Part shown: positions 19,234 to 27,600 of the stretch, piece by piece
Layout of the letters: the number at the start of each line of letters is the position of its first letter
Numbering within the stretch: the first letter of the stretch is position 1
NCBI GenBank assembly: GCA_964437185.1
Contig: CAYTFU010000001.1
Location: forward strand, 26,304-90,303
Direction of reading: 5' to 3'
Source: an uncultured Candidatus Saccharibacteria bacterium
Lineage (GTDB): Bacteria > Patescibacteriota > Minisyncoccia > Phycocordibacterales > UBA2100
Length of the DNA: 64,000 nucleotides
Notes under the pieces: generated by a model
What the model saw: the letters and a program-made list of their open reading frames with translations, nothing else
Told to the model about the DNA's origin: nothing
Databases searched by the model: none
Position numbers and translations under genes: made by a program

Positions 19234-19325
19234 AGAACCCAAAGAGTATGCACCAGAGGAGGGGGAAAAGCAAATTTTTGTATCGGTCATTGGATAGCGC
19301 GAAACGGACGTGTAATACTGGGCGA

Positions 19326-20732
19326 ATGCAAAAGAGCTTATTAAGGGGGTACCACCGCCTCTTTGCTCTCCACGAGATCGAGACGAGCGAGATCCTACAG
19401 CTACTCTATTATGTAGTTAGTTTCTCATTCTTTGTCACCTTTTTTCTCTGGATTGAAAGAAGCGTCATTAGTATCTCAACATTCCAAAGTGGCGGGCACG
19501 TCTGCCCCCCATACCTTCCATCGTGCGGTGAATATTACTTCCTGCAAGCCCTCCCATACGGATACACGCAGAGCGCATTTTACGTATTTCTCTTTCTAGT
19601 CTTGGGGTATGGAGTGTACTCCGCATACCGTAAAAACTGGGTGGCCGCTCACGGCGCACTCTTAGTCTGCCTCGTATGGAAAGTGGTTTTGGGATTTTTT
19701 CTCACCTATGGCGTACTAGGAAATTTCGACTATTACGACATGATCCTCGCCAGCGTATGGCTCTTTATGCGAGAAAAAGAATACTTCGCAAAAATCACTT
19801 TTGTATTTCTGTACGTACTCGCATCTTCTATCAAAATCGACGGAGGGTGGATTTTTGCCAACTACTTCAACTCCCTTTTCACAGGAGCCCCAATCTTTGC
19901 GGCCCCGTATTTGCCTTTCTTTACAAACATTCTCATTGCGATGCAAATGATCGGAAGCTGGTTCTTGCTTTCGAGTAACAGCAAACTGCAGAAGGCAGCA
20001 TTCTTTTATTTTTTACTCTTCCACGCGTATTCAGGGATTATCGTCAACTACCGCTATATTGCTATCTCAATACCCGCGTTATTCGTCCTGTTCTCACAAC
20101 CCGGCCACTTTCAAATACAAAAGGTCTCCAAAACCACCCTTCTCGGGTACGGTTTTCTATTCTTACTCATCTGCGGACAACTTATCGGAATTCTCACGCC
20201 AGGTGATCAGAAAAAAACCCTCGAGGGCAATTACTATGGCCTGTATATGTTTGAAGCAAACCATCAGTGCATCTCGGAAACCACTACCTATCGCAAAGAC
20301 GCAGAGCCTGTCGTAACAAGCCGTGAAAATCATGTCGCCAACAATCGCTGCGATCCGTACCGCTACTGGTTCCCGCTTAAGACCCTCTGCACTCGCGATA
20401 GCATCATCGAGAGAATCGCATGGACGTTTGACCACTCAATCAACGGTGGCGCGTACGAACGCATCGTAGACGTGGAAGACGCGTGCGCGCTTACCTATCG
20501 GGCAATCGGCCACAATGACTGGATACAAATCGACAAGCCTGAGTTTTTGGGTACCCCTGTGTATAAAACGGGCTTCGGATACAACCTCAACTCTCAGATA
20601 AAAGTCCCTCCCGAGATAATTATTGACGATCCGTTGCTCGAAAAGATCAAGCTGGCCTATTGGATTCTCTGGTCGGCGTCCCTGGCTTTTGCGTGCGGCG
20701 CACTAATATACGTACACCTGAGAAAACGTTGA
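19326..20732 (+). CDS. polytopic membrane protein, paralogue 2 of 14871..16280
   Basis: Same architecture and motifs (ALHEIETSE, LEGNYYGLYMFEANHQCI, RCDPYRYW, FDHSINGG) plus an extra C-terminal TM helix. The ORF track starts at 19248; it is divergent from rpsJ. Confidence 0.4.
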   Translation: MQKSLLRGYHRLFALHEIETSEILQLLYYVVSFSFFVTFFLWIERSVISISTFQSGGHVCPPYLPSCGEYYFLQALPYGYTQSAFYVFLFLVLGYGVYSAYRKNWVAAHGALLVCLVWKVVLGFFLTYGVLGNFDYYDMILASVWLFMREKEYFAKITFVFLYVLASSIKIDGGWIFANYFNSLFTGAPIFAAPYLPFFTNILIAMQMIGSWFLLSSNSKLQKAAFFYFLLFHAYSGIIVNYRYIAISIPALFVLFSQPGHFQIQKVSKTTLLGYGFLFLLICGQLIGILTPGDQKKTLEGNYYGLYMFEANHQCISETTTYRKDAEPVVTSRENHVANNRCDPYRYWFPLKTLCTRDSIIERIAWTFDHSINGGAYERIVDVEDACALTYRAIGHNDWIQIDKPEFLGTPVYKTGFGYNLNSQIKVPPEIIIDDPLLEKIKLAYWILWSASLAFACGALIYVHLRKR

Positions 20733-20821
20733 CGAATGCGCGGTTGCGTCCCGTAAACGCAATCTTTTGGGGATGGCATAGCCATTTAGGACGTGTTTGA
20801 AACTAACGGCATACGGCGAAA

Positions 20822-21364
20822 CTAGTACCCCTTGTGCGTCTTGAGGAACTTTTTCTCTGCCGCCGTATTCTTTCTTCCCAATATCGCGTTGCGATGTGGG
20901 AATCGACCAAACCGATCGACTATTCTCTTATGATCAATCGCGTATTTCATCATGTCCTTCCCCCAAATCTGCTTGAAGAGGCGCACCGACTCACGCTGGA
21001 TGACCTTCGATTCGCTGTGCTCAAATGGGAGGTACATAAACATCCGTTCGTCCTTTGAGAGCGACTTTTCCGCGCCCTGCGCGATCGCTTCTTGCGCGAG
21101 GGCGAGAGCGAGGGCGTCGTACTGATACATTGCTGGCGTACCACGAAACATATTGCGAGAGAATTGATCGAGTACGATTATCTCAGCGAGTCGTCCACGA
21201 GGCGCTTTTCTCCAGTGCGCTGTTTCCCCTCTCACTACCTGCCAATATGTTGTAAGAAATTTGAGGCGGACCTGCGCATCAAACTTCTTGTCCTTTGTAA
21301 ACCACTGCTTCGGCGAGGAATCTTTGAACCAAAACTTGATTACGGTATCCCAGTGCATATGCAC
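20822..21364 (-). CDS. DUF924-family protein
   Basis: WF..W, LAEIIVLDQFSRNMFRG, MFMYLPFEHSES and RFGRFPHRNAILGR match the DUF924 consensus. Confidence 0.6.
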   Translation of the reverse strand: MHMHWDTVIKFWFKDSSPKQWFTKDKKFDAQVRLKFLTTYWQVVRGETAHWRKAPRGRLAEIIVLDQFSRNMFRGTPAMYQYDALALALAQEAIAQGAEKSLSKDERMFMYLPFEHSESKVIQRESVRLFKQIWGKDMMKYAIDHKRIVDRFGRFPHRNAILGRKNTAAEKKFLKTHKGY

Positions 21365-21403
21365 ACTGTATCACCTACTCCTCTCAATTGCTTCAACGAC
21401 ACT

Positions 21404-21811
21404 CTACGGCACATCAACCCAATATCGCGCCTTGTCGATACCAGTCTCCTGATTGTGTATGACACTCTCACGCACACCACCATTACTCTCGATCACTCGT
21501 CGCGATGGTTCGTTGGTGATATCGCACGTGAGGAGCACACGCGAAATACCCAATTCCTTTGCCTCTTGTAAGCCAAGTGCCAAGAGTTTCTTTCCATACC
21601 CTTGCCTTCGCCTACTCGGTCGGATGTTGTAACCAATATGGCCTCCTACTTTTTCCAAATTGTCGTTGAGTCGATGGCGGATTCTTACGCTCCCAATATA
21701 CTCTCCGTCGATGAGCCAATACACTGATTGCGGTACGTACCCTTCGGGCAGATTTTCACCCTTGGAATGACTGCGCTGTCGCTCTACAAACGAATCAAAA
21801 TCATTTTCCAA
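21404..21811 (-). CDS. GNAT-family N-acetyltransferase
   Basis: Acetyl-CoA binding motif RRQGYGKKLLALGLQEAKELGISRVLLTCDITNEPSRRVIESNGG. Confidence 0.65.
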   Translation of the reverse strand: MENDFDSFVERQRSHSKGENLPEGYVPQSVYWLIDGEYIGSVRIRHRLNDNLEKVGGHIGYNIRPSRRRQGYGKKLLALGLQEAKELGISRVLLTCDITNEPSRRVIESNGGVRESVIHNQETGIDKARYWVDVP

Positions 21812-21976
21812 CTCCGTGATCGAAATCGCCCTGTACGACGTACTCGTCGAGGGACTTTCCCCATCTGCCTGATACTCTTTACCGCCTCAATAAACGAGTC
21901 TTTGTACTCTGTAGAGGGCAACTCAAGCTGCATGGCTCCACAATATCACCAAACAGCGAAGCGAACGTATGACTCC

Positions 21977-22315
21977 TTACATCCCCGGCATCGACATAAT
22001 CTCCATCACGTCAGTCGTCGTACCTGGCATTGCGACATGCGGACTGCTTTTGAGAAGCTCCACGACTGCCTCCACTGACTCCGCTTGAACGATGGAGTAG
22101 CCTCCGATGTCGTTGGACACCGCAGAAGAAGCACTTCCGATAACTTGGGTATTCTTCCCGACTGGCGCGCCCATGTCAGCAAAACTGGCGGCGTTTTTCT
22201 TCAGCCACTCTCCCCACTTCCCCATACTCTCCTTCTGCTGCTCCGGTGTCATACTCGCCATCATTGTCTTCATTACTTCCATGTCCATCCTATACAAGAC
22301 TAAGAATTTTTTCAT
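21977..22315 (-). CDS. small cytoplasmic protein, YciI-like / dimeric alpha+beta-barrel family (tentative)
   Basis: 112 aa; the pattern MKKFLVLYRMD....GGYSIVQAESVEAVVELLKSSPHV fits the fold family loosely. Confidence 0.35.
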   Translation of the reverse strand: MKKFLVLYRMDMEVMKTMMASMTPEQQKESMGKWGEWLKKNAASFADMGAPVGKNTQVIGSASSAVSNDIGGYSIVQAESVEAVVELLKSSPHVAMPGTTTDVMEIMSMPGM

Positions 22316-22411
22316 GCAAAACTAAATTAGAAACTGTTAGTCTTGTCATGGTACCACATAAGAATCTGCGACTGTGATTGCACTGCAACACATACGTGTT
22401 ACAATAGTCCC

Positions 22412-22690
22412 ATGGCTAAGACGGGGTACGTAAATGTACGGATGGAGAAGAGGCTCAAGGCAGAAGCCGAGAAGGTTCTTCGAGAAGTCGGTGTGAATGC
22501 GTCGGACGCCCTCACTATGTTTTATAAGCAGGTCGTTATTCAGCAGGGTCTGCCCTTCGAAGTATGCACTCGATCGCACATACCCAACGCGACAACTCGT
22601 CGAGCACTTGCCGCGCTCGAACGCGGTGCGGGCCGCACCTACAAGGGAACCACCACAGATATTTTCGACGCGATACTCAAGGATAAGTAG
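22412..22690 (+). CDS. dinJ: DinJ/RelB-family antitoxin
   Basis: MAKTGYVNVRMEKRLKAEAEKVLREVGVNASDALTMFYKQVVIQQGLPFEV matches the DinJ N-terminal ribbon-helix-helix. The ORF track starts upstream at 22343. Confidence 0.7.
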   Translation: MAKTGYVNVRMEKRLKAEAEKVLREVGVNASDALTMFYKQVVIQQGLPFEVCTRSHIPNATTRRALAALERGAGRTYKGTTTDIFDAILKDK

Positions 22691-22705
22691 AATTATTTTT
22701 CCGTC

Positions 22706-22974
22706 ATGAAGGATCTCCGCTTTGACGGGTCATTTAAGCGAGATCTGAAAAGAATCGCAAGGCGAGGCTGGAGCATCGAAAAATTAGACAATATCGTTAC
22801 CCTCTTGCGCACAGCGAGCCCTCTCCCTTCAGCCGCTCGCACGCACAAACTCGGTGGCATGTACGCTGGAAAATGGAGTGCCACGTCGAGTCTGATTGGG
22901 TGCTTATCTACGATTTCACGGAGACGGTACTTCGGCTTGCTCGTACTGGCACGCACGCCGATCTATTTGAATAA
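22706..22974 (+). pseudogene. yafQ: YafQ/RelE-family toxin gene disrupted by a -1 frameshift near 22855
   Basis: Frame 1 gives MKDLRFDGSFKRDLKRI...THKLGGMYAGKW, the YafQ N-terminus. From about 22860 the alternative frame reads ECHVESDWVLIYDFTETVLRLARTGTHADLFE*, the canonical YafQ C-terminus, ending at the TAA at 22972-22974. The annotated ORF instead runs on to 23104 in the wrong frame. Confidence 0.65.
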
Positions 22975-23110
22975 AGTGTACCGTCTCAGCAACAAAGAAA
23001 ACCCGCATCCGTCTATAAGCGGAGCGGGTTTTCTTTGTTATTTCTTAGAGAAGAAATTACGCAACTACCTTGGTGACTACTCCTCAGGATGTTTTATGCG
23101 GTAATCCGCA

Positions 23111-23148
23111 GAAAACTTCGGATGCCGCATTCGCAAAGCGAATGCGGC
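23111..23148 (-). terminator. hairpin downstream of tuf (11-bp perfect stem gccgcattcgc/aaa/gcgaatgcggc) with a weak U-run
   Basis: Seen directly; the U-tract (guuuucu) is 8 nt beyond the stem, so a Rho-independent function is plausible but not canonical. Confidence 0.4.
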
Positions 23149-23158
23149 GAGCACCGAC

Positions 23159-24358
23159 CTATGCAACAACCTTTGTTACAACTCCTGCTCCGACCGTCTT
23201 ACCACCCTCGCGAATAGCAAAACGCATCTGGTCTTCGAGAGCAATCGGTGCCACGAGCTTCACCTTGAACGTAACGGTGTCGCCCGGCATCACCATCTCG
23301 ACTCCCTCTTTGAGAGTCACTTCGCCCGTCACGTCCGTGGTGCGGACGTAGAACTGTGGCTTGTACCCAGTGAAGAATGGCGTGTGACGGCCACCCTCCT
23401 CCTTGGTCAAGATGTAGACCTCAGACTCAAATTCGGTGTGAGGCTTCACGCTCGCTGGCTTGCAGAGCACTTGGCCGCGGTGCACGTCTTCTTTCTTCGT
23501 ACCTCGCAAAAGCACACCGGCGTTGTCGCCTGCCTGACCTTGGCTTAGGGATTTGTTGAACATTTCCACGCCGGTGACTGTCGTCTTCGCCGTATCCTTG
23601 ATACCGACGATTTCGATTTCTTCACCCACCTTTACAACACCGCGTTCGATGCGGCCCGTGACGACGGTGCCTCGACCTTCGATCGAGAACACGTCTTCAA
23701 TTGGCATGAGGAACGGCTTGTCGAGATCACGTACCGGCTGTGGGATGTACTCATCGAGCGCCTTTACGAGCTCCATGACCTTGTCGCTCCATTCATTTCC
23801 CGGAGCTGGATTCTCAAGTGCCTTCAAGCCCGAACCGCGAATGATCGGTGTGTTCTTGCCGTCGAAGCCCTGCTTCTCAAGCAATTCACGAACCTCTTCT
23901 TCGACGAGATCGATGAGATCCTTGTCGTCTACCTGGTCGACTTTGTTGAGAAAGACGATCAACTTCTTCACGCCCACCTGATTGGCAAGGAGTACGTGTT
24001 CACGTGTCTGAGGCATCACACCATCGGACGCTGCGACCACGAGGATAGCGCCGTCCATCTGCGCTGCGCCCGTGATCATGTTTTTGATGTAATCGGCGTG
24101 ACCAGGGGCGTCGACGTGTGCGTAGTGACGAGCTGGTGTCTCGTACTCAGAGTGCGAGAGTGAGATCGTAATACCGCGCGCCTTCTCTTCTGGTGCCTTG
24201 TCGATGTCATCGACTCCCTTCACTGTCGCGGTGTATCCATTGCCGGCCTTTGAGAGGACGGTGAGGATGGCCGCGGTGAGCGTGGTCTTGCCGTGATCAA
24301 CGTGACCAATGGTCCCGACGTTGACGTGCGGCTTGCTTCGATTAAATTCTTCTGCCAT
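23159..24358 (-). CDS. tuf: elongation factor Tu
   Basis: 399 aa with [21 protein letters not shown] and the full EF-Tu domain II/III sequence. Confidence 0.95.
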   Translation of the reverse strand: MAEEFNRSKPHVNVGTIGHVDHGKTTLTAAILTVLSKAGNGYTATVKGVDDIDKAPEEKARGITISLSHSEYETPARHYAHVDAPGHADYIKNMITGAAQMDGAILVVAASDGVMPQTREHVLLANQVGVKKLIVFLNKVDQVDDKDLIDLVEEEVRELLEKQGFDGKNTPIIRGSGLKALENPAPGNEWSDKVMELVKALDEYIPQPVRDLDKPFLMPIEDVFSIEGRGTVVTGRIERGVVKVGEEIEIVGIKDTAKTTVTGVEMFNKSLSQGQAGDNAGVLLRGTKKEDVHRGQVLCKPASVKPHTEFESEVYILTKEEGGRHTPFFTGYKPQFYVRTTDVTGEVTLKEGVEMVMPGDTVTFKVKLVAPIALEDQMRFAIREGGKTVGAGVVTKVVA

Positions 24359-24609
24359 ACCATTTTTCTTTTACTCTTATGTCGCTAGGGACTAGCTAAC
24401 AACACTACTAATATGTGTGTAACGCCAACGCGAGGTGGAGCGAATGCTCCGGTGTCCAGCTGTGATTTTCTGCCTCACGTGCATCTACTTCCGTTCCCTG
24501 AGGAGACGGGCGGGTCGCTACGCCGCGATACAAAATGGAGCAAAAGAATACGCACTGGACGTGCGTTGCACCATAGTATCAAAGTCGTTCGGAGCGTCAA
24601 GTTTTTTGC

Positions 24610-27600
24610 CTATCGCGCTTCTTGGAAAGTCGGCACGATTGACACGGTTGCACTGCCTGTGAATGTTGAGCCGTCCAGTCCTACACATGAAAGATTGAAC
24701 ACCGTTCGCTGATTGATCGCGGGCGTCGCTTGGCCGCCCGCGACGTTTGTCGCTCCCACCCACGATCCAATATCTGGCGAGCTCGTGACGGAACACGATG
24801 AGACGTTTGCCATATTCCAATAGAGTTTTGTGGACACCCCCGGACGCACGATGGAGGGGAACACCTGCAAATTGCCGGTGAGTGTGCTCGATGGAGTGGG
24901 CGTCGGCGGCGGATACAGACACACTGACGATCCAGGAGAGCAAAATCCGGGAGAAACACACGTCGTTACGTTTGAAATGATACAGGACGCGTTCTTATAC
25001 TGAATCGTATTTCCACTACAACTGTAAACTGGCGCGCATGTGACATCGAGAGTCGCTGGGCTAAACGAGCCGATACCAGAGGGGCCGGTAATGCTACCCG
25101 TGTAGGTCGTTGAGTAAGAAGGCGTGACAACTACTGACCCATCGGCGCTGGAGCCTGTAAGAAATAGAGTGGGTCCTGTCGTTGCGGTGCTTGCGTAGAT
25201 TGTCCAGCTTGCGCCCCCAATATTTGTCCACGAAAGTGTGGCGCTGCCTCCTTGAGATATTGTGGACGGGGTAAGGGTGAATGTGCCTGATGGAGGGTTC
25301 ACGGTGAGTATCGCGGGGCAGCTCGTACTAAGAGGCAAAGATGGACTATAGGTAACTACGATAATACCTTGTGCACCTGTACCAGGACTTGTACCCGCGG
25401 CGCCTCCACCTCCCCCATATAAACCTCCGTCCCCAGTACCACCACCGCCGGAGCCACCTCCCGGACCGGCAGTCGCGCCGCCAGCGGTTTGGGTCCAAAT
25501 AGTACCAGCACCTCCATATCCCCCCGCAGCATAACTGCCACTATTGAAACCCCCGCCCCCACCACCACCCACAGTACCATTGGTCGCCACCGACGATCCG
25601 GTCGCTCCGGTACCAGCACCAGCGCCCGATCCGTTTGCACCACCATTCCCTCCATCGGTATCTCCCGCTGCACCTGCATTCCCAGGGCCAGCAAGTGTAG
25701 ATGCGCCACCCCCGCCGCCTTTCGCGTAATCGGTGGTCGCCGAACCATTTCCGCCTACACCACCCACACCACCGGGCCCGGCTGCGCCGCCGCCTCCAGC
25801 GCGCCGCTGCGTACCGCCACCATCCGCTCCACCTTTACCACCTGAATATTTCACCGAACCTATTCCTTGAGCCGACGCGCCTCCGGGGCCGCCACCCGTC
25901 GTGCCCGCTTCACCTCCCTTCGCTAACACACCGTTTGTCGTGCTCGTAGGGGGCGCGCTTACATCTTTGTTGATCCACGAATCGCCGCCTCCGATACCTG
26001 ACGCACCTCCTGACCCAACCTTCACATAAATAGTCTGACCGGGCGAGAGAGATAGATCTGAGTGGGTGATCTTCGAATACGCGCCTCCGCCTCCACCATC
26101 GCTTCCGAATTCACCTCCTCCTCCCCCGCCTATAACCTCAATCTTCCATGGAGGGAAAAAGTCGGCGGGTGCTATCCACGATGTAGCAGTTGTATCGGTG
26201 AGAAAAATAACTTTCTGAGCTCCGCTTGCGGCGGCCTCAACTGTACCAGTGTAGTCGGTGGTCGATACCGGTGACACTGCTACGGATCCTGGAGAGGCGA
26301 CCGATACGTTTCCATGATTCGCGATTGTAAAAGAGGAAGCCCCGGAAGATGTGTAATTAAGGTTGGTCGTCTGTGTTGGATTAATGGGATTCGAATCAAA
26401 AGATATCGAACACGAAAGCACATTGAGGGTCACTGTGCACGTACTATCTCCTCCCGGTCCGCTGACCGATCCAATATATGTCGTGCTCACGCCGGGAACA
26501 ACTGAAGTGGATCCCGAAAGGGACACCGCACCGACACCGCTAATACTCATTGCGGTCGCGTTGGTCGAGGACCACGTCAGCGTGCTCGATTGAGAGCCTA
26601 CTACGGAATCTGGGCTGAGATTGACAGAGCACGAGGGTGGAGGAAAAGGAACATTCACATTCACCCACTCACTACAATTGTTGCCCTCATTCGCGCCCTC
26701 GTTGATGATCCCGGCATCTGTGGAGGAACTCTTGTCGGCACACGCTCGAGTTGAGTATGTGCCCCCTGCGGTAAAGGTGTGTGGGAGCGATATGGTATTG
26801 CTCGTGCCTCCTCTCAGGGATGAGAGAGAAACAGCGGGAGTGAGATCAGTAATGGTACCTCCGCCGTTTGCTGCGGACGCGACTTGGAAGAAGTTGGGGA
26901 AGCTGATCCCCGTTGAGCCAACGCCCGCGTTGGTAATGATGGCGGTGAGCGTGGTCGCAACGTCGATCGTGGCGGACGTCGGGCTCGTATTGAGCGCGGT
27001 GAGGTCGGGGCCGAGGGTGCCGCCGGTGTTGTAGAACACGCAGGAGACGATGTTGTCTTGGTTCAACTGAATGCCACCGATAATGCCATTGACGATACTA
27101 CCGGAGAGCGTGCCGTTGTCGGTTGCGCCCGTACATGAGGCGCCGAGGATGGTGTGGCCGCTCTGCTGAATTTCTTCAACGGACCATGGGCCGAAGCCGC
27201 TCACCTTGAAAGGCTCGGTGTAGCCCAGGAAGTCGGTGGTTTGCGAGACGCCCGCGACCGTGAAGTCCCATCCAGAGGCTGGAGCTTGGTCGTTGGTTGT
27301 GCCTAGATTGCCATCGACGTCGTAGATCTTCTTGACGGTGATGGTGCCTCCACACTGCTCGCGTGCGATGCTCGCTAAGTCAGTAGCGAGCGTGCTGAAG
27401 TTCGACAAGAACACGCTGTTGGGACTCGCGATTGCTTGGAGGTTCGCCGCATCGAGACCGTTGCCGATGCCGATGGCGAGGATGCGTGTTCCCGATGACT
27501 TGATGGAGTTGGCGACCGTCACGGCTGCTGAGACTGCGGTGCTTTCGCTCACGCTCGTGTATCCACCGGTCGCATTATTAATCGTGTTTGGGTTGCCGTC

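Noticed and set aside
24359-24609. Possible tRNA genes upstream of tuf (tRNA-Thr/Tyr/Gly commonly precede tuf)
   Set aside because: No recognisable tRNA arms by eye. This is unverified without a covariance-model search.
25150-26150. Gly-rich region as a collagen-like triple-helix or a CRISPR-like repeat array
   Set aside because: There is no strict G-X-Y triplet periodicity and no regular repeat-spacer structure. It is a coding low-complexity tract within a long ORF.
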